Shown here: piece by piece, positions 26,692-40,845 of the stretch
Layout of the letters: every line of letters begins with the position of its first letter
Position numbering within the stretch: position 1 is the stretch's first letter
DNA from: Octopus sinensis
Lineage: Eukaryota
NCBI RefSeq assembly: GCF_006345805.1
Contig: NW_021834487.1
Location: 186,001-250,000, forward strand
Direction: 5' to 3'
Length of the DNA stretch: 64,000 nt
Position numbers and translations under genes: made by a program
Notes under the pieces: model-generated
Told to the model about the DNA's origin: nothing
What the model saw: only the letters and a program-made list of their open reading frames with translations
Database searches by the model: none

Positions 26692-28228
26692 CATACGCAT
26701 AACATGAATATATATGTACTTTGTGAATAAACACACACACATAATTCTCTCTCTCTCGCCTTTTCCTCCCACTCTCTATCTTTTTTCTCTTCCTTCTTAT
26801 CTCTCTCGCTATTTGCTTTCTCTACCATTTTCTCTTCCTCTAACCATATTTTGCCTGTATCTGTCTCCCTTTATCGCTGTTTCTCTACCACCCTCAACAA
26901 CTATTCTCTCTCAATTTTTGTAAATCCTTCCACTAGTCATCCACTCCTTTCGGTCTCTCGAGACATGATTTCCATGTACTAAAATTCTTCATGTCTTTAT
27001 TTCTTATTTCATTCAACCAGACGATGAAACAACATATAAAATGCCTCAATGCATTTAGTTATATTCCATATTTACAGAGTTCAAATCCTGCTGGATTTGA
27101 TACGTTTATTTATTCAAAGTTTTACGTTTCATCCTTATAGAAGCATCAGTATTGTACTTCATTCCGTTCAGCTGACTGTAAATTCTCTACTACAAAATAT
27201 ATGGTTTTGTGTTGGGAGTCAGAAATCATTATTTTATAATAGCGGTTCTAAACATTTTTGAAAGGGGACATTGAGCTGCAAACCATTTGAAGCTTAGAGC
27301 TCCCTTTTGCCAAACAGCGATTGAAAAACGCCCCTTTCATATATTTAGGCAAGTAAAGCAGAATAAATTTAAGCCCCCAACAACAACAACAACAACAACA
27401 ACAGCAGTGTACAGTAGTAACTGCAGCAGCGGTGTAAAGAACGGCAGCAATAGCAAGCAACGGCAGTAACAGCATCACACAGAACTGCAGCTGTAGCTGT
27501 GACAACAACGGCCTCAGTACCACGACCAGCAATACCAGAAAGCTTTACGACAGCAACGACTCTAACAATAATAGAACCAAAACCTACCCCAACCTAAAAT
27601 CTCCAGTAAAACTCTTTCTCTCATACTCTCCCTCTCCCCCAAATCTTCATGCATAAACACACACATGGTCTCACATGAAACATAACTGTAATCCAATCTG
27701 CATCAGATCTTTCCGACGTGAAAGACAACCAAGGAGAGACAACCAAGAAAATAATAAAAAAAAAACAAAATAATAATTTCCTTTTTCTGAAACAACGCTA
27801 CACAAAAACGAATCACATAATCACTACAGCGTCATCGAAACCACATTTACACCAAACAAAAACATCCATTACTATCCTTGCCAACGACCACCTCAACAAA
27901 AAGAAAGCAAACTCATGCAGTAGTAGCGCCAGTAACTAAAACGGAAACCCAACAACATCAACGAAACACACCCACCCTAAAATTTGTGTTGATAGTGAAC
28001 TCGAATTAAATAATGATGACTCTTATAGCACAAAAAAAAGATGTTGAAACAAAGGACATACAAAATAATGAGGGATAATTTCTCCTGTGATATGGGAAAC
28101 CTGAGTGCAAGAGCCAGCAGTAAACTCAGAGGGAACATTCCAAAAGGAACATTCCGAAATTTTATAGTGATCACCTCTCCCGGTTTCCGGGTTCACCAAA
28201 TAACCCCTTTCGTTTCCCCTTTCTTCTT

Positions 28229-28745
28229 TTGTACCCACATGGTAGCTCTGAAAGTGGAATGTACAAGTGCAAATGGCTTAAGGTTGCCATGGAAGCAAGG
28301 TAACCCGTAGTTAGTTTTGAATGTGACAGGCATCAGTGAGACTAAAATTTTCGACAAATGCGCCTTAACACCCATTCTTGAAGACTTTAAGATCTTCGCA
28401 TTTCCTACTCGGTCAGGAACTAATGGTTGGGAGTCGGTGCTGTTTCGAAAACTCTCTTTATGGACCTGGATCACAAATAGGTGGTCTTGGACGAGGAAAG
28501 AAGCAATTGTGAGACCTTTAGATTAGTGGCCATGCACGCCCTGCTTGTTGGAGAGGACCAGTTTTATTCAGGCATCTAGATATTTTCGTGAAAACGTCTC
28601 GGTCTTTAGTGCATCTTGGATGCATGTTTGGACTGTTTTGGGCCAGCGTACAGTAGAGGGATTGCAAAAGACTTGCAAGCCAACATTGACGTTTCCAACT
28701 GACTGATAGTAACCGTTTGAGTTTTCCGAATTCGCCAGTGTAAGT
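28229..28745 (+). mobile_element. Decayed L1/Tx1-type apurinic endonuclease (ORF2 N-terminus)
   Basis: Fragments across frames: MVALKVECTSANGLR..WKQG, LNVTGISETK, VLFRK, FRLVAMHA, LDIFVKTSRSLV, RFQLTDSNRLSFPNSP. The order matches a LINE APE domain. Confidence 0.7.
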
Positions 28746-29275
28746 ATTAGCAAACTACATCGCTACGTCCTTCACCTCTTATTTAATCTCAAAGGTCCAG
28801 ATGACTGAAGAGGTACAACATAATGAAATAACGATCTCCAAGAATCCATTACACGTTGTTGTAAAAATGAAACTCCTTACGAATTAAATGTGAATCTGAG
28901 TCTATAGCTTTATTAGATCTATCATTACCTATCACCGATTCATTCTTCGTTGATCCGGAATAACACAGTATACTCATTGTGAACCTTGTTACGCTTATCA
29001 CGAATTGATGTGTGATTACACGATCGGCGATCAGCCAAAGATTATGACTGGGCCGCAGATATACACGCCACCAACCAACCACATTATTCAGGTTCCTGAA
29101 CGAAACCTATTTTTCCAATGTGTTATAATTTTCATTTATCACTGGTTCGTTTAATATGGTTTTGTTTAGGAATCAATCACCCGTAATAAAGTAGGATAAA
29201 TACATTATTTGATTCAGCAATCAACGGAGATTGAAGCAGGTAGATGGAGGAAAACATAGAAATCAAAGCGAATTT

Positions 29276-29692
29276 AAGGCGGCGAGATGGCAGAACCGTT
29301 AGCATGCCAGGCGAAATGCTTTGCGGTATTTCGTCTGCCGTTACGTTCTGAGTTCAAATTCCGCCGAGTTCGACTTTGTCTTTCATCCTTTCGGGGTCGA
29401 TAAATAAAGTACCAGTTTCGCACTGGGGTCGATATAATCGACTTAATCTGTTTGTCTCTCCTTGTTTGTCCCCTCTGTGTTTAGCCCCTTGTGGGTAGTA
29501 AAGAAATAGGTATTTCGTCTGCCGTTACGTTCTGAGTTCAAATTCCGCCGAGGTCGACTTTGTCTTTCATCATTTCGGGGTCGATAAATTAAGTACCAGT
29601 TACGCACTGGGGTCGATGTAATCGACTTAATCCCTTTGTCTGTCCTTATTTGTCCCCTCTATGTTTAGCCCCTTGTAGGCAATAAAGAAATA
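29276..29692 (+). mobile_element. SINE family B with tandemly duplicated body and a 15-bp target-site duplication
   Basis: TSD AGAAATCAAAGCGAA at 29258-29272 and 29693-29707. Body repeated at about 184-bp period. Confidence 0.92.
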
Positions 29693-29959
29693 AGAAATCA
29701 AAGCGAAGAACAAAAAGAAAAAAGCATACGTTAAGTGTAAATATATAGTATTGTTAAGCCCTAGGTGAAATAAAGATTAAACAAACAAGGAGTTTGGTAC
29801 GAAGTATGTAGCTAATTAAGTGATCAGTTTCTCAGTCTTTCCCAGCCTCTGTCTGTCTCCCATTAGATACATACATACACACTCATGAGACAGTGTGGGC
29901 CCGCTTAGAAATAAGGTTCTCATCTCGGTACATTACGCCCAATTCGCTTGTATATGAAA

Positions 29960-30474
29960 CTAGCAGTATCGCCCGGTGTTGCTCGGGTTTGTAAGGGAAA
30001 TAACTATATAAGCATTTTTAGAGAGTTACTTCCCTTATAGATGCCAATTCGGGCTTTCTTAGCCATTTCTGTTTTGGTGTCTTCAAGCCATGAAGTCGTT
30101 GTTCTAAAAGAACGCTGGACTCCTTGACAACGCTTTACGACGTTGATTTCCTTACACTCCCTTCCCAACAGCTTCACGAGGGAGGGAAGAAGGGGGAGAA
30201 GCAAACAGGTGCAGGTGTCACCATGGACGCCAACTCCGCCGCCATCGACACACGAAAAATTATGCATTAAAATGGAATAAAAAATGATGTTAAATTATTT
30301 TTAAAATCGTAGACTCATCGTAGACGCGCGCTAATACTCAGACGGGCTCGATATGAATCACGACTATAAGATACCCGAATTTGGTTAAACTGCACCGCAA
30401 AATGTGGGAGTCGTTAGGAATCTAAATCGAAGGGGACAGACACTCACACAACTACAGTTTTATATATATATAGA
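29960..30474 (-). mobile_element. Non-autonomous Helitron
   Basis: Minus-strand 5' A|TCTATATATATATAAAA and 3' hairpin CCCGAGCAACACCGGG + CTAG|T. Inserted between A and T with no TSD. Confidence 0.85.
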
Positions 30475-30919
30475 TATGTTGTAACCGACTGTTATGTATC
30501 GAATTTATGACGCACTCTCTTTTCTACAGAGAACGAGAAAGCAGAGACAAATTTGACGTAGAAGATAACTAACAGAGTAAATATTGATGTATCATATTTG
30601 CACTAGACTTTAACTTTCGTCGTTTCTGGTATTTTAATTCACATTCTGTTTCATATTTGACTATGCCCAAATCGAACCTAGTTCATCTTTTAGGTTTTGT
30701 GAATTTTTAATGAAAAATTCTTCGTGAAGGAGAGCCAAGAAGTAGTTTAAGAAGTCCGGGTCTATCTTCATTTTATACATACGTGCTTATATATATATAT
30801 GGGTATGCATGTACACATATATGGGTATATATAACTACTTATGTGTGTGTGTGTGTTCATGTATGTGTGTGTTTGTGTGTTTTATATTTTTTTCTTTTAT
30901 GTTTTTCATTTATTTTTTT

Positions 30920-31615
30920 GAGCCATTGCGCTGCAGCCATACTGGGGCACCACCTTTGCTGGATTTTAGTTGAACAAATTGAGACAAGTACTTAACTTTT
31001 GAAGTCTGGTCCTTATTCCATCGATTTCTTTTAGCGGAACGCCATGTTATGAGGATGTATATAAACCAATACTGGTTGTCAAGCGATGGTAAGAACAGAC
31101 ACAATCATAAGGAAACGCACACACACACACGAGGAAATATCTCAGTTTTCGTCTACCAAATTAAGTACCAGTTACGCACTGGGCTAGACGGAATCGACTT
31201 CATCCCTTTGTCTGTTCCTGTTTGTCCCCTCTGTGTTTAGCCCCTTGTGGGTAGTAAAGAAATAGATATTTCCTCTGTCGCTACGTTCTGAGTTCAAATT
31301 CTGCCGCGGTCGACTTTGCTTTCATCCTTTCGGGGGTCGATTAAATAAGTACCAGTTACGCATTGGGGTCGATATAATCGACTTAATCCGTTTGTCTGTA
31401 CTTGTTTGTCCCCTCTGTGTTTAGCCCCTTGTGGGTAGTAAAGAAATAGGTATTTCGTCTGCCTTTACGATCTGAGTTCAAATTCCGCAGACGCCGCTTG
31501 GTTTTCACCCTTTCGGGGTCGATAACTTAAGTACCAGTTGCGTACTGAGTCGATCTAATCTTCTGGATCCCTCCCCCCAAATTTCGAACTTTTTGCCTAA
31601 AGTAGAAAAGATTAT
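30920..31615. mobile_element. Partial family A SINE (minus) followed by a tandem multimer of the family B body (plus)
   Basis: AAGTACCAGTT(A/G)CG(C/T)A(C/T)TG block occurs three times between about 31163 and 31550. Confidence 0.8.
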
Positions 31616-31873
31616 TGTGGAAATTATAATTTCGTAAAAGATAGTTAACAAAGATTTTGATATGAAGTATGTAGCTCATTAAGGGTTCAGTTTTTCAGTC
31701 GTTCCAACCCTCTGTCTATCTCCCATTAGACATATACACACACTTTATACACATAGTTACACATACACATATATCCATATACTCACACACACACACATAT
31801 AAGCGCGTTTGTTTGTATGTGTGTGTATATATGTATGTATATATATATAAAATTATATATATATATATATATA

Positions 31874-31939
<66 letters not shown>

Positions 31940-31959
31940 GATAACTTTCATAGCTTTCG

Positions 31960-32493
31960 GCCAGTATTGGTCAAGGCCATGTTTAACTTAACAGCACCAT
32001 CTGGAGAAGATTTTTAGTAATATATGGGTACCATGGTTCACTCTGGCTCACTCTAGCAAAGAGTTATTATTGTTGGAGACATATCCGTGTGTAGGAGGTT
32101 GATCCGGGATTTTTTGAAGAAATTTTCCATTGAACATGTGAATTTTATGGGATCTGGTTCCGATTTGACGTATTTTGGTGTATGCTAAAGAGAGCTGGGC
32201 CGGTTAGGTAACATAATTCTGACGTAATGTTGTTATGTGTCCTGATTTCGATTTTTGTAGTGAGTGGATAGGACAGAGGCCAAGTCTTGCGTGGATTTTA
32301 AAATTTGTGCAATATTGGTGGAATATTTTCCACATCACACAGCGCCCCCGGTGACGTTGGAGAGAGTAGATATTAGATTTTTTTAGTCGGCCTCCACATT
32401 CAATGTCTTTCATGCCGTCTATCTTCCACTTTCGTAATAAGTTGCTTCGTGCGGGAAGACCACAGTGGGCAACAGTATTCAAGGTGGGTATAG
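31960..32493 (-). mobile_element. CR1/L2-clade LINE 3' fragment
   Basis: Minus strand THLEYCCPLWS (HLEY motif), LKKSNIYSLQRHR, MWKIFHQ, then a terminal stem-loop GGCC..GGCC. Confidence 0.8.
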
Positions 32494-33240
<747 letters not shown>

Positions 33241-35580
33241 CACAAAGCTTCTTTAAATTCACACTCTAGATTCTTAAGTTAATGAATGACACTTTGAAAA
33301 TGTAATTAAAGACAGAGAAGGCATAGAATAAAGGTGAGAAGTTCACCAATGGATTGTCCTTGATCATGGGACTGGAAGATAAGAACTGTCGTGAAGCAAA
33401 CAAAACAAAAGAAAAAGAAAGAAAAAATATACACATATGCTGACAACCGATTCGTTTCAGATCACTTCTATAAAATAACAGGAGGTTTAATGAAATATTT
33501 CTTGAAATACTTAGCAATACAATAAACCACCACTTCCCGTATCCTACGACAGTTTAACGATTATTTACGAACAAGGCCATTTCATCCCCGACATTAGTTC
33601 TTCGTATTTAGTTACTAACAAACTTGATGTCATCTGTAAGACTTTTATAAGGTACAAAACATCAGCATTTATTCAGACTGCAATGAAAATCGACACCACA
33701 GAGGATTTTTGGTCCTTCAAAGAAATTAATGGGAAAATAATGGAAGAGAAAACGACCACTACAACGACAATAATAGCTATAACTATAATAACAACAACGA
33801 TTATTTCACAAATGAGCAGCCAAAAATTCCAAGCCGTCGTTTCGAACTTGCTACAAGTACAGCTTTTGTTTTGTATGGGCAAAAACGCCTAAACTAATGG
33901 GAGTTAATTTCATTCTATCTAGAAATTTCTACAACGACACAATAGGTAGTTTCTTCATATAAATTTTACTGCCACTCTCCGTTTAAATACGACGCACTCA
34001 GTATCAGGTGTTGCCAGGGATGTCTGCTTTATATCATGTTTATGTGACAGCGCGGTCGTGGCATCAATGAAAACTTGGCTTTTAACACAATTTCTGAACG
34101 GTTAATAGACTTTGGGAGCCATTTTGTTTCTTATATTCTTTTGTTTGGTCGTGAGATCTTTTTTTTTTTTGTTATATATTTATTTTACTTTATTTTTATT
34201 GTCTTGGCTTGTTTCTCTTGCCGAGAGATTGTAACTTTGTCTTGTCCACCATGATTGAATCGTAAACGACGTCATTTCCGGCTAGTATCAATGGTTCTCA
34301 TATAACAGTTACTGTTATAGTTAGAATGAATAACACTAAGAAAAAGAAAGAGAAAGAGAGGGGAAGAAAGAGAGGAAGAAAGAGGGAGAAATAACGATGG
34401 AGAGATATATAAAGGAAGAGAGAGGGGGTATATAGAGAAAGTACGAGAAGGAAAGAGAGAGAGAGGTGAATCGGAAAAGTAATGGTTTTGATTTAGTGTG
34501 CGGGTCAGCTATTGCAATGATGAGTACATTATAGACATCAATTGAAATGTTAACGACAGCCGAGTGTGAACTTTCTCTGTCGTCTGTAAGCAACTACTAT
34601 CACCACCACCACAACCACTATTTTCATAACAACCACTAACACGATCTTTGATTCAGCAATCAACGGAGATTGAAGCAGGTAGCTGCAGGAAAACATAGAA
34701 ATCAAAGGGAAGGACAAGAAGTAAAAAAAAAAAACATATGTGAAGTGTAAATATATAGTATTGTTAAGAAATTACTGACAAATTCAAGGAGAAGGTGGAA
34801 AGCATATTCTCTGAACAAGCAAAAGTTACAAATGTTTTTGCCCGACCAAAATAAAATTTTAGTCAACGAGGGTATCGCTTCGTTATAATCCAATGTGCAA
34901 GAAATTGCAGTCAAATCCCCCTCAAACAGATTTCTCGGTCTAGAAGGGTCACAATGAAAATTGTAGTCCTAGAAAGATGTGTCTGAAACGAAGATTTGAT
35001 GATTACAGTGGGAATGTTTTTGATCATAGGTCTGAACTCGAGTTAAAAACAATAGCAACAACTAATTTGATATAACTTCAATCAAATGACACAGTATAAA
35101 TTGAAAAATGTTTGCGGCTGGAATGAAATGCCTTTGATCATAGGTTTGTTTGATCAAAATTTCACCTAGAGCTAAACAATCGCCACCACTACCACAACAA
35201 CAACGTCATATAAAGTTAGAACAAAAAATGCATTATATAAATACATTGAAGTTGAATTTTATAAGTAAAATTCATCGGTGCGGTTTGAGTAATAAATCTC
35301 ATTCCACAAAGAGAATGAAAGAATGCACAGACACACACTCACGACAGATACATGCACACATACGAACACACACACACAAACGCGCGCGCGCGCATACACG
35401 TGCGCATACACACAGAGTAAGAGAGAGAGAGAGAGAGGCGGGTATGTATTTACAACACAACCGATTCCTCGATTTCTAAAGTTCTCCGTTTTAGTTTACC
35501 CAACTGTTCAAACCATTAAAAATATCAATATACATACATACATAAATACATACACACACGCGCGCTCGCGCACGCACACA

Positions 35581-35666
<86 letters not shown>

Positions 35667-35667
<1 letters not shown>

Positions 35668-37734
35668 TTATGATTGGACTCTCCCGTCGATTTCGGCGTA
35701 TGAGGCTATGACAGGGTTCTCTTTCTTTGTCAGTCATAATGTTTATGCTGAATGTGACATTTAAGTCCCGCCAACGATTTGCAAAGAAGGCCACAAATGT
35801 TGCAAGTTTGAGTGTAGGTGGGGTTTTTTCAGCCGATTTTCTCCTTTGCCTTGCACCCCGAAGCTTTTTAATGTTGGTTGCACCAAGGATTTTAATACCG
35901 TTTTGACACAACGATTTCCATTTTGTTCGTACGAAGGCTATTGCTCAAAGGTGCTGTGAGCTATCTGCATCTCTAAGAGGTTACTCTCCAACTTTTCCTT
36001 ATACCTGAGTCATGGTCGACTAACATTCTTGTGTCCACTCTCAAGCTGGCTGTACATGAGGACTGTGTATTCTTTCGTATTCTTTCGTCACTCTGATGAC
36101 ATGACCAGCCCAGCGCAGTTGTGGTTGTATAAGGAAGCTGGCAATTCCACCAGTCTCATACTTGCTAAAAAAGTCGGCTTTGCAAACTTTTCTTTTAGTG
36201 AATAACCGCAGATTGTCCTCAGACAGTCTTTGTGGAAGATGTCTAGTTGGTTTATGTGTCCTCTATAGGGTATCCACGATTCTGAGCCATACAAGAGAGT
36301 AGTAAGAATGGTTGCCTTATAGACTGGTACTTTGGTGCCATGTTTGATGCCCCTTTCATTCCATAGGCGATGACGGAGTTTGCCAAATGCGTTGGTTGTC
36401 TCTGAAAAACGGTTGACGATTTCATCAAGGGAAGTGCTCAAATTCACTTTACGACCAATATATGTAAATGACTTCACATAATTTACGCATTCCCCATCAA
36501 CCTGTATAGAAGCGTCAGGAAAATTGTGAACCGGCGGCCTCTGCTTGACACCTCGAATTTGTTTAGGAGTAGAGCAAAGTTGGTGGATTACTTCTGTCTT
36601 CTTTATGCTGATAGTCAAATCAAAATATTTACATGCAGTAGAAAACCGGTCTAAAAGTTCCTGAGCTTCCTCTAAAAAGGTCGCAACTAGTGTAGGGTCA
36701 TCTGCAAAAAGTAGATCACGAATGGTACTGGTGCGTAGCATTGTTCTGGCTTCGAAACCCTGATGATTGAATAGTCTACCACTTGTTCGAAACTGGAATT
36801 TGACACCACTTTGTATGTCGCCAAAAGCATACCTCAGCATCACTGAAAAGAAGAGTGCAAACAGAACAGGAACCATAACACAACCTTGTTTTGTGCCGTT
36901 TATAACGTCAAAGGAAGCTTCCCTACCAGATACGACATCAGCCTTCATTTCCACATGTAAGGAAATTATAACATTCAACATCTTGTCAGGTATACCAAGC
37001 TTTTTCAGAACTCTTTATAGTGCTTGCCAGTTAACAGCGTCGAAGGCCTTAGTAAGGTCAAAGAATATCAAGAACAACTCTTGATTTTTCTCATGTACCT
37101 TCTCCATAATCTGTCGGATGGAAAAGATCATGTCGATAGTGCCAATACCAGAGCGAAAGCCAGGCTGTGGTGCTGGATAAATATCATTTACAACATGTTT
37201 GAGGATCCTGTCAAGAATGAGTTGAGTAAGAATGTTACCAGTGATAGACAGAAGCGATATTTCACGATGATTATCACAGACACTTCTGTTTCCTTTAGAT
37301 GTTGAATTGAGGCATGCTTGAAGTCCTGTGGTACACAGCCTACCTTCCAGATGTTTATGGAAAGGTCATGCAATTTCTTAAAAAGCTTACGTCCACTATG
37401 ATAGTAAATTTCAAGAGGGATAGCATCCCTGCCAAGTGCTTTACCAGAAGAGATCTGTTTAATAGAGTTTACCACTTCCAGAAAGGTTAGCGCCAGAGAC
37501 TGTTCCGGTATTACAGCGTGGTGTGACAGACATTACCACGTCGTCCTTCGTGACACAGGTGAAGTTCAACACAGCTTCAAAGTGATCTTTCCATCGTTTC
37601 AGGATGTCAGATTTATCAGTCAGGAGTGTCTCTCTATTCGATGAGAAAATAGGAGTAACACCGTGCATTTGAGGACCACACACTTTCTTGAGGCCATCAT
37701 AAAAAGTTTTAGAATCCTTCTTATCTGCAGCTTG
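35667..37734 (-). mobile_element. 5'-truncated RTE-clade LINE (reverse transcriptase + C-terminal C2H2-like motif), frameshifted
   Basis: ORF pieces KDSKTFYDGLKKV..ILKRWKDHF, KALGRDAIPLE, GTKQGCVMVPVLF, RDLLFADD, LTISIKKTEV, LLYGSESW, and CNICGLLCKSLAGLKCHIQHKH near the 3' end. Confidence 0.93.
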
Positions 37735-37736
37735 TG

Positions 37737-37772
<36 letters not shown>

Positions 37773-38632
37773 ATAGAAAGCCTTTTGCAGTGCAGCTTGC
37801 TTCTACTAAATTTAACCCATGCGACATTGGTCTAAAACTGAAATGGAAAAGACGCCCAGGAAAAGAAAGTGAGATCGAACCAGTGACTAAGTGGTTGCAA
37901 TGCAGACTTCTTGCATTTGCAATAAATTATGAAATACACGAGTACCATAATGGTGGTAACTTCGTTTATCTTAGCTAACTGTACTGAGAAAGAACACAGA
38001 ATATATTTTGAAATATATAAAACTAAATTCATTTTTCAATAGAAATATTTACATAAAATAATAGGATTTGATGTGAATGATGTTGAAGAAAATAAAATGT
38101 GTTCGGTTCAATTTTGGCTTTTACAGCAACGATTTTATCAACAGCAAAGAAAAATCATAACACAAGAATTCTGATCAGGCAGAGACCTCGCAATTACTAT
38201 CTAATTTAATTTTTTGTATTACTAAGGTTTTCGAGAAAATTTTCCTTGCAAAGAAATTTCCTTGGATGTACTTAATTTCTATACGCAGCTTCTAACTATT
38301 TACGGTTCTATTTCTACTAAGGACCACGCAGAGAGGAGACATGAGACGGCAATGACGGCAATCATAAGTCCAACAGGAAAGAATCCTTGATCCTGCAATC
38401 TGCTTTTGGTTATGTACATGGTTGTTCAAAGTAAAAAAAGGAGGACTGGTATTATGAAGTACCAAATTTATTCCTGGACTTAATATGTCTACTCGTTTCT
38501 TGCTATCGGTCCCTCAGCAAAACTCATGTTTCAATAAGTAATGCTTTTCTCGAATCAAGGTGATGTAATATCATAAATAACAGTAATGATTTTTGATTTA
38601 GGCAAAAAGGCCAGTAAATTTGATAGGAAAGG

Positions 38633-38860
38633 ATTAGTCGACCACATCGACCCTGGTAGTTGATGGGTGGTGTATTTTATCGGCCTCGAAATGATGAAAA
38701 GCAAAGTCGACCTCAGCAGGATTTGAACTCAGAATGTAAAGCGTTGGAACCAATACCACAAGAAATCTTCTGACAAATTTTTTCTGGCCAGCATCGTAAA
38801 AGTAGTAAAATGCTTTATCTTTAAGAAATGCTTTAGCATTCCTGTCTGCCGCTGACGCAA
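38633..38860 (-). mobile_element. SINE family B
   Basis: Reverse complement of the family B central block. Confidence 0.75.
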
Positions 38861-39284
38861 TGTATGGAAACATTCCCGAAACATTGTATTTAAAAGCATA
38901 ACTGGGTGATCCGTTGTTATGTCTTCGTCAATGTTAATCATACTATTATTATTTCTGCATCCTGTGATGTTTCCAAGACATAAATTACGAATCTCACTGT
39001 TCAATTCAGTTTCAAAGGCACCTACATTCTTAGGAGTATCTTTCATGATAAATTTTCTATTGATTCGTCCTATTCTATTGAAACTCCATAAATATCCTTC
39101 ATAATACTTTCGTCGCTTGATGTTAATTCATCGGTATCTCTGTTAGAGCTTCTTAATTTCTTTCTTTCTTTATCGCGAGCATGAGGATTCATAAGGTCGC
39201 TTACCCAGTTTACATAACCTATAAATGACTGAGATCACATCTCTCAGAACGTGGCACCGGACCCATGGAGAACTGAAAACCAGC

Positions 39285-39447
39285 AAATCGATTACACCGA
39301 TCCCAATACTTATTTGGTAGTTTATCGTATCGACCCCGAAGAGATGATAAGCATAGTTTACTTCGAAATTTGAACTTGGACGGTAAAGAACCAGAAGAAA
39401 CGTATTTTGACAGATATGCTGACGATTCTGCTATCTCGTTGCCTTAG
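39285..39447 (-). mobile_element. SINE family B, decayed
   Basis: Minus strand AAGGCAACGAGATAGCAGAATCG head and GGGGTCGAT block. Confidence 0.65.
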
Positions 39448-40225
39448 AGCTTCCAATAGACCAGATTTATTTGTTTGTACAATGTTTCCAGCGCCAAGAA
39501 GCCATTTATTAAAGTCTTCATATGTTGACCTTCATGTTTTCAGATACGTTTAGAAATTTTACATTAGGTCGAAGCTGAGATTGTTTAACACAGTTTTCAG
39601 TAACAGCAGCATTTAAACCTTTCCATATCATGAAAGTAGTTTGGCGAAAACCTCCTCTAAAGAGAATAATTTTATCACCGACGAGTCTATAACCTTACAT
39701 GATTTCCTTCTAGAGTACGACAATGACTCGTAAACAATTAACAAATCATTTCAAAGCTTCATCTATGTCGGGTAAATTGAACAGCGTGTATTTTGTGGTG
39801 ACTCCACAGAGGGCATTTTCATATTGGAGACAGATGTTGCTATTACAGATTCATGCAATTGTAAACAGCTCAGCATTGTTCGACTATCAATTACCAAATC
39901 TGCTGCAGTGCTTGTTGTGACGTAAGAACGATAACATTTTCCTGCATTCTTCAGATATTCAATTAATTTGTTCAATAGATACGTTTCCCCAGAACAACCT
40001 AGACTGTTTGAAAAAGGACAATGCATTACAATATAAATAAAAGTCTTTGCTGAAATACATGTTGAAACTGCCAAAATCTTAACAGCTATGAAAACTATGG
40101 TAAAGGTCTAATGTTTTCGTTATTGTTGTTGTTTAGCACCAGGTTAATAGTGATCAAGCAGACAATGAGCAATGGCATACTATGTTTTAAATGGGAAGAA
40201 AGTCCTTGTTGAAATGTTTGTTATT

Positions 40226-40370
40226 GTAAGTAGCTTGCTTACCAACTACATGGTTCTGGGTTCAGTCCCACTGCGTGGCACTTTGGGTAAGTGTCTTCTA
40301 CTGTAGTCTCGGGCCGACCAAAGCCTTGTGAGTGGATTTGGTAGACGGAAACTGAAAGAAGCCCGTCGTA

Positions 40371-40427
<57 letters not shown>

Positions 40428-40645
40428 GGGTCTGTGTTTGCCCCCCCCCCTCCCAACATCGTTGACAACCGATGCTGGTGTGTTTACGTCCCCGTAACTT
40501 AGCGGTTCGGCAACAGAGACCGATAGAATAAGTACTAGGCTTCCAAAGAATATGTCATGGGGTCGATTTGCTCGACTAAAAGGCGGTGATCCAGCATGGC
40601 CACAGTCAAATGACCGAAACAAATAAAAGAGTAAAGGAGTAAAGA
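40226..40645 (+). mobile_element. SINE family A, near full length
   Basis: Family A consensus. Confidence 0.9.
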
Positions 40646-40845
40646 CTATTGTATTTCAGCTAGATTTCCGAAACTCCTGATAAATATCTTATCAGATGTC
40701 TGGTGTTGTTTTCATTGCTGCTGTTATCCTTGATTTGACCTAGGTCAAAAGCCATCGAGCAGACTTAGAAGCAAAGACGTGCCATGCCTTCTCATTGTAA
40801 AGATAATTCTTTACTGAGATACATATTACTATGTTTCATTAAAAC

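Larger units (their letters stand above)
38300..40080 (-). mobile_element. Decayed Helitron PIF1-type helicase region, interrupted by two family B SINEs
   Basis: Ordered motifs on the minus strand: GCSGETYLLNKLI..VTTSTAADL..RT (Walker A region), IILFRGGFRQT, CVKQSQL..NVSENMKV, EDFNKWLLGAGN, TPKNV..ELNSEI..HPVMLLNTM, TMYITKS..QGF.PVGL, PLCVVLSR. Confidence 0.75.

Noticed and set aside
28849-29100. Overlapping open frames on both strands (77 aa minus; about 66 codons plus)
   Set aside because: No recognisable homology or coherent splice-site pair; could be chance
29276-31615. Regularly repeated GGGGTCGAT blocks as a possible CRISPR-like array
   Set aside because: The repeats are SINE bodies with conserved, not unique, spacers; eukaryotic context and no cas genes
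31950-31985. GGCC..GGCC-GAAAG stem on the minus strand
   Set aside because: No CUGANGA core; better explained as the CR1 3' terminal stem-loop
33676-33893. Asn-rich protein-like reading (WENNGRENDHYNDNNSYNY...)
   Set aside because: In-frame stop just upstream, and built on an (AAC/AAT)n low-complexity tract
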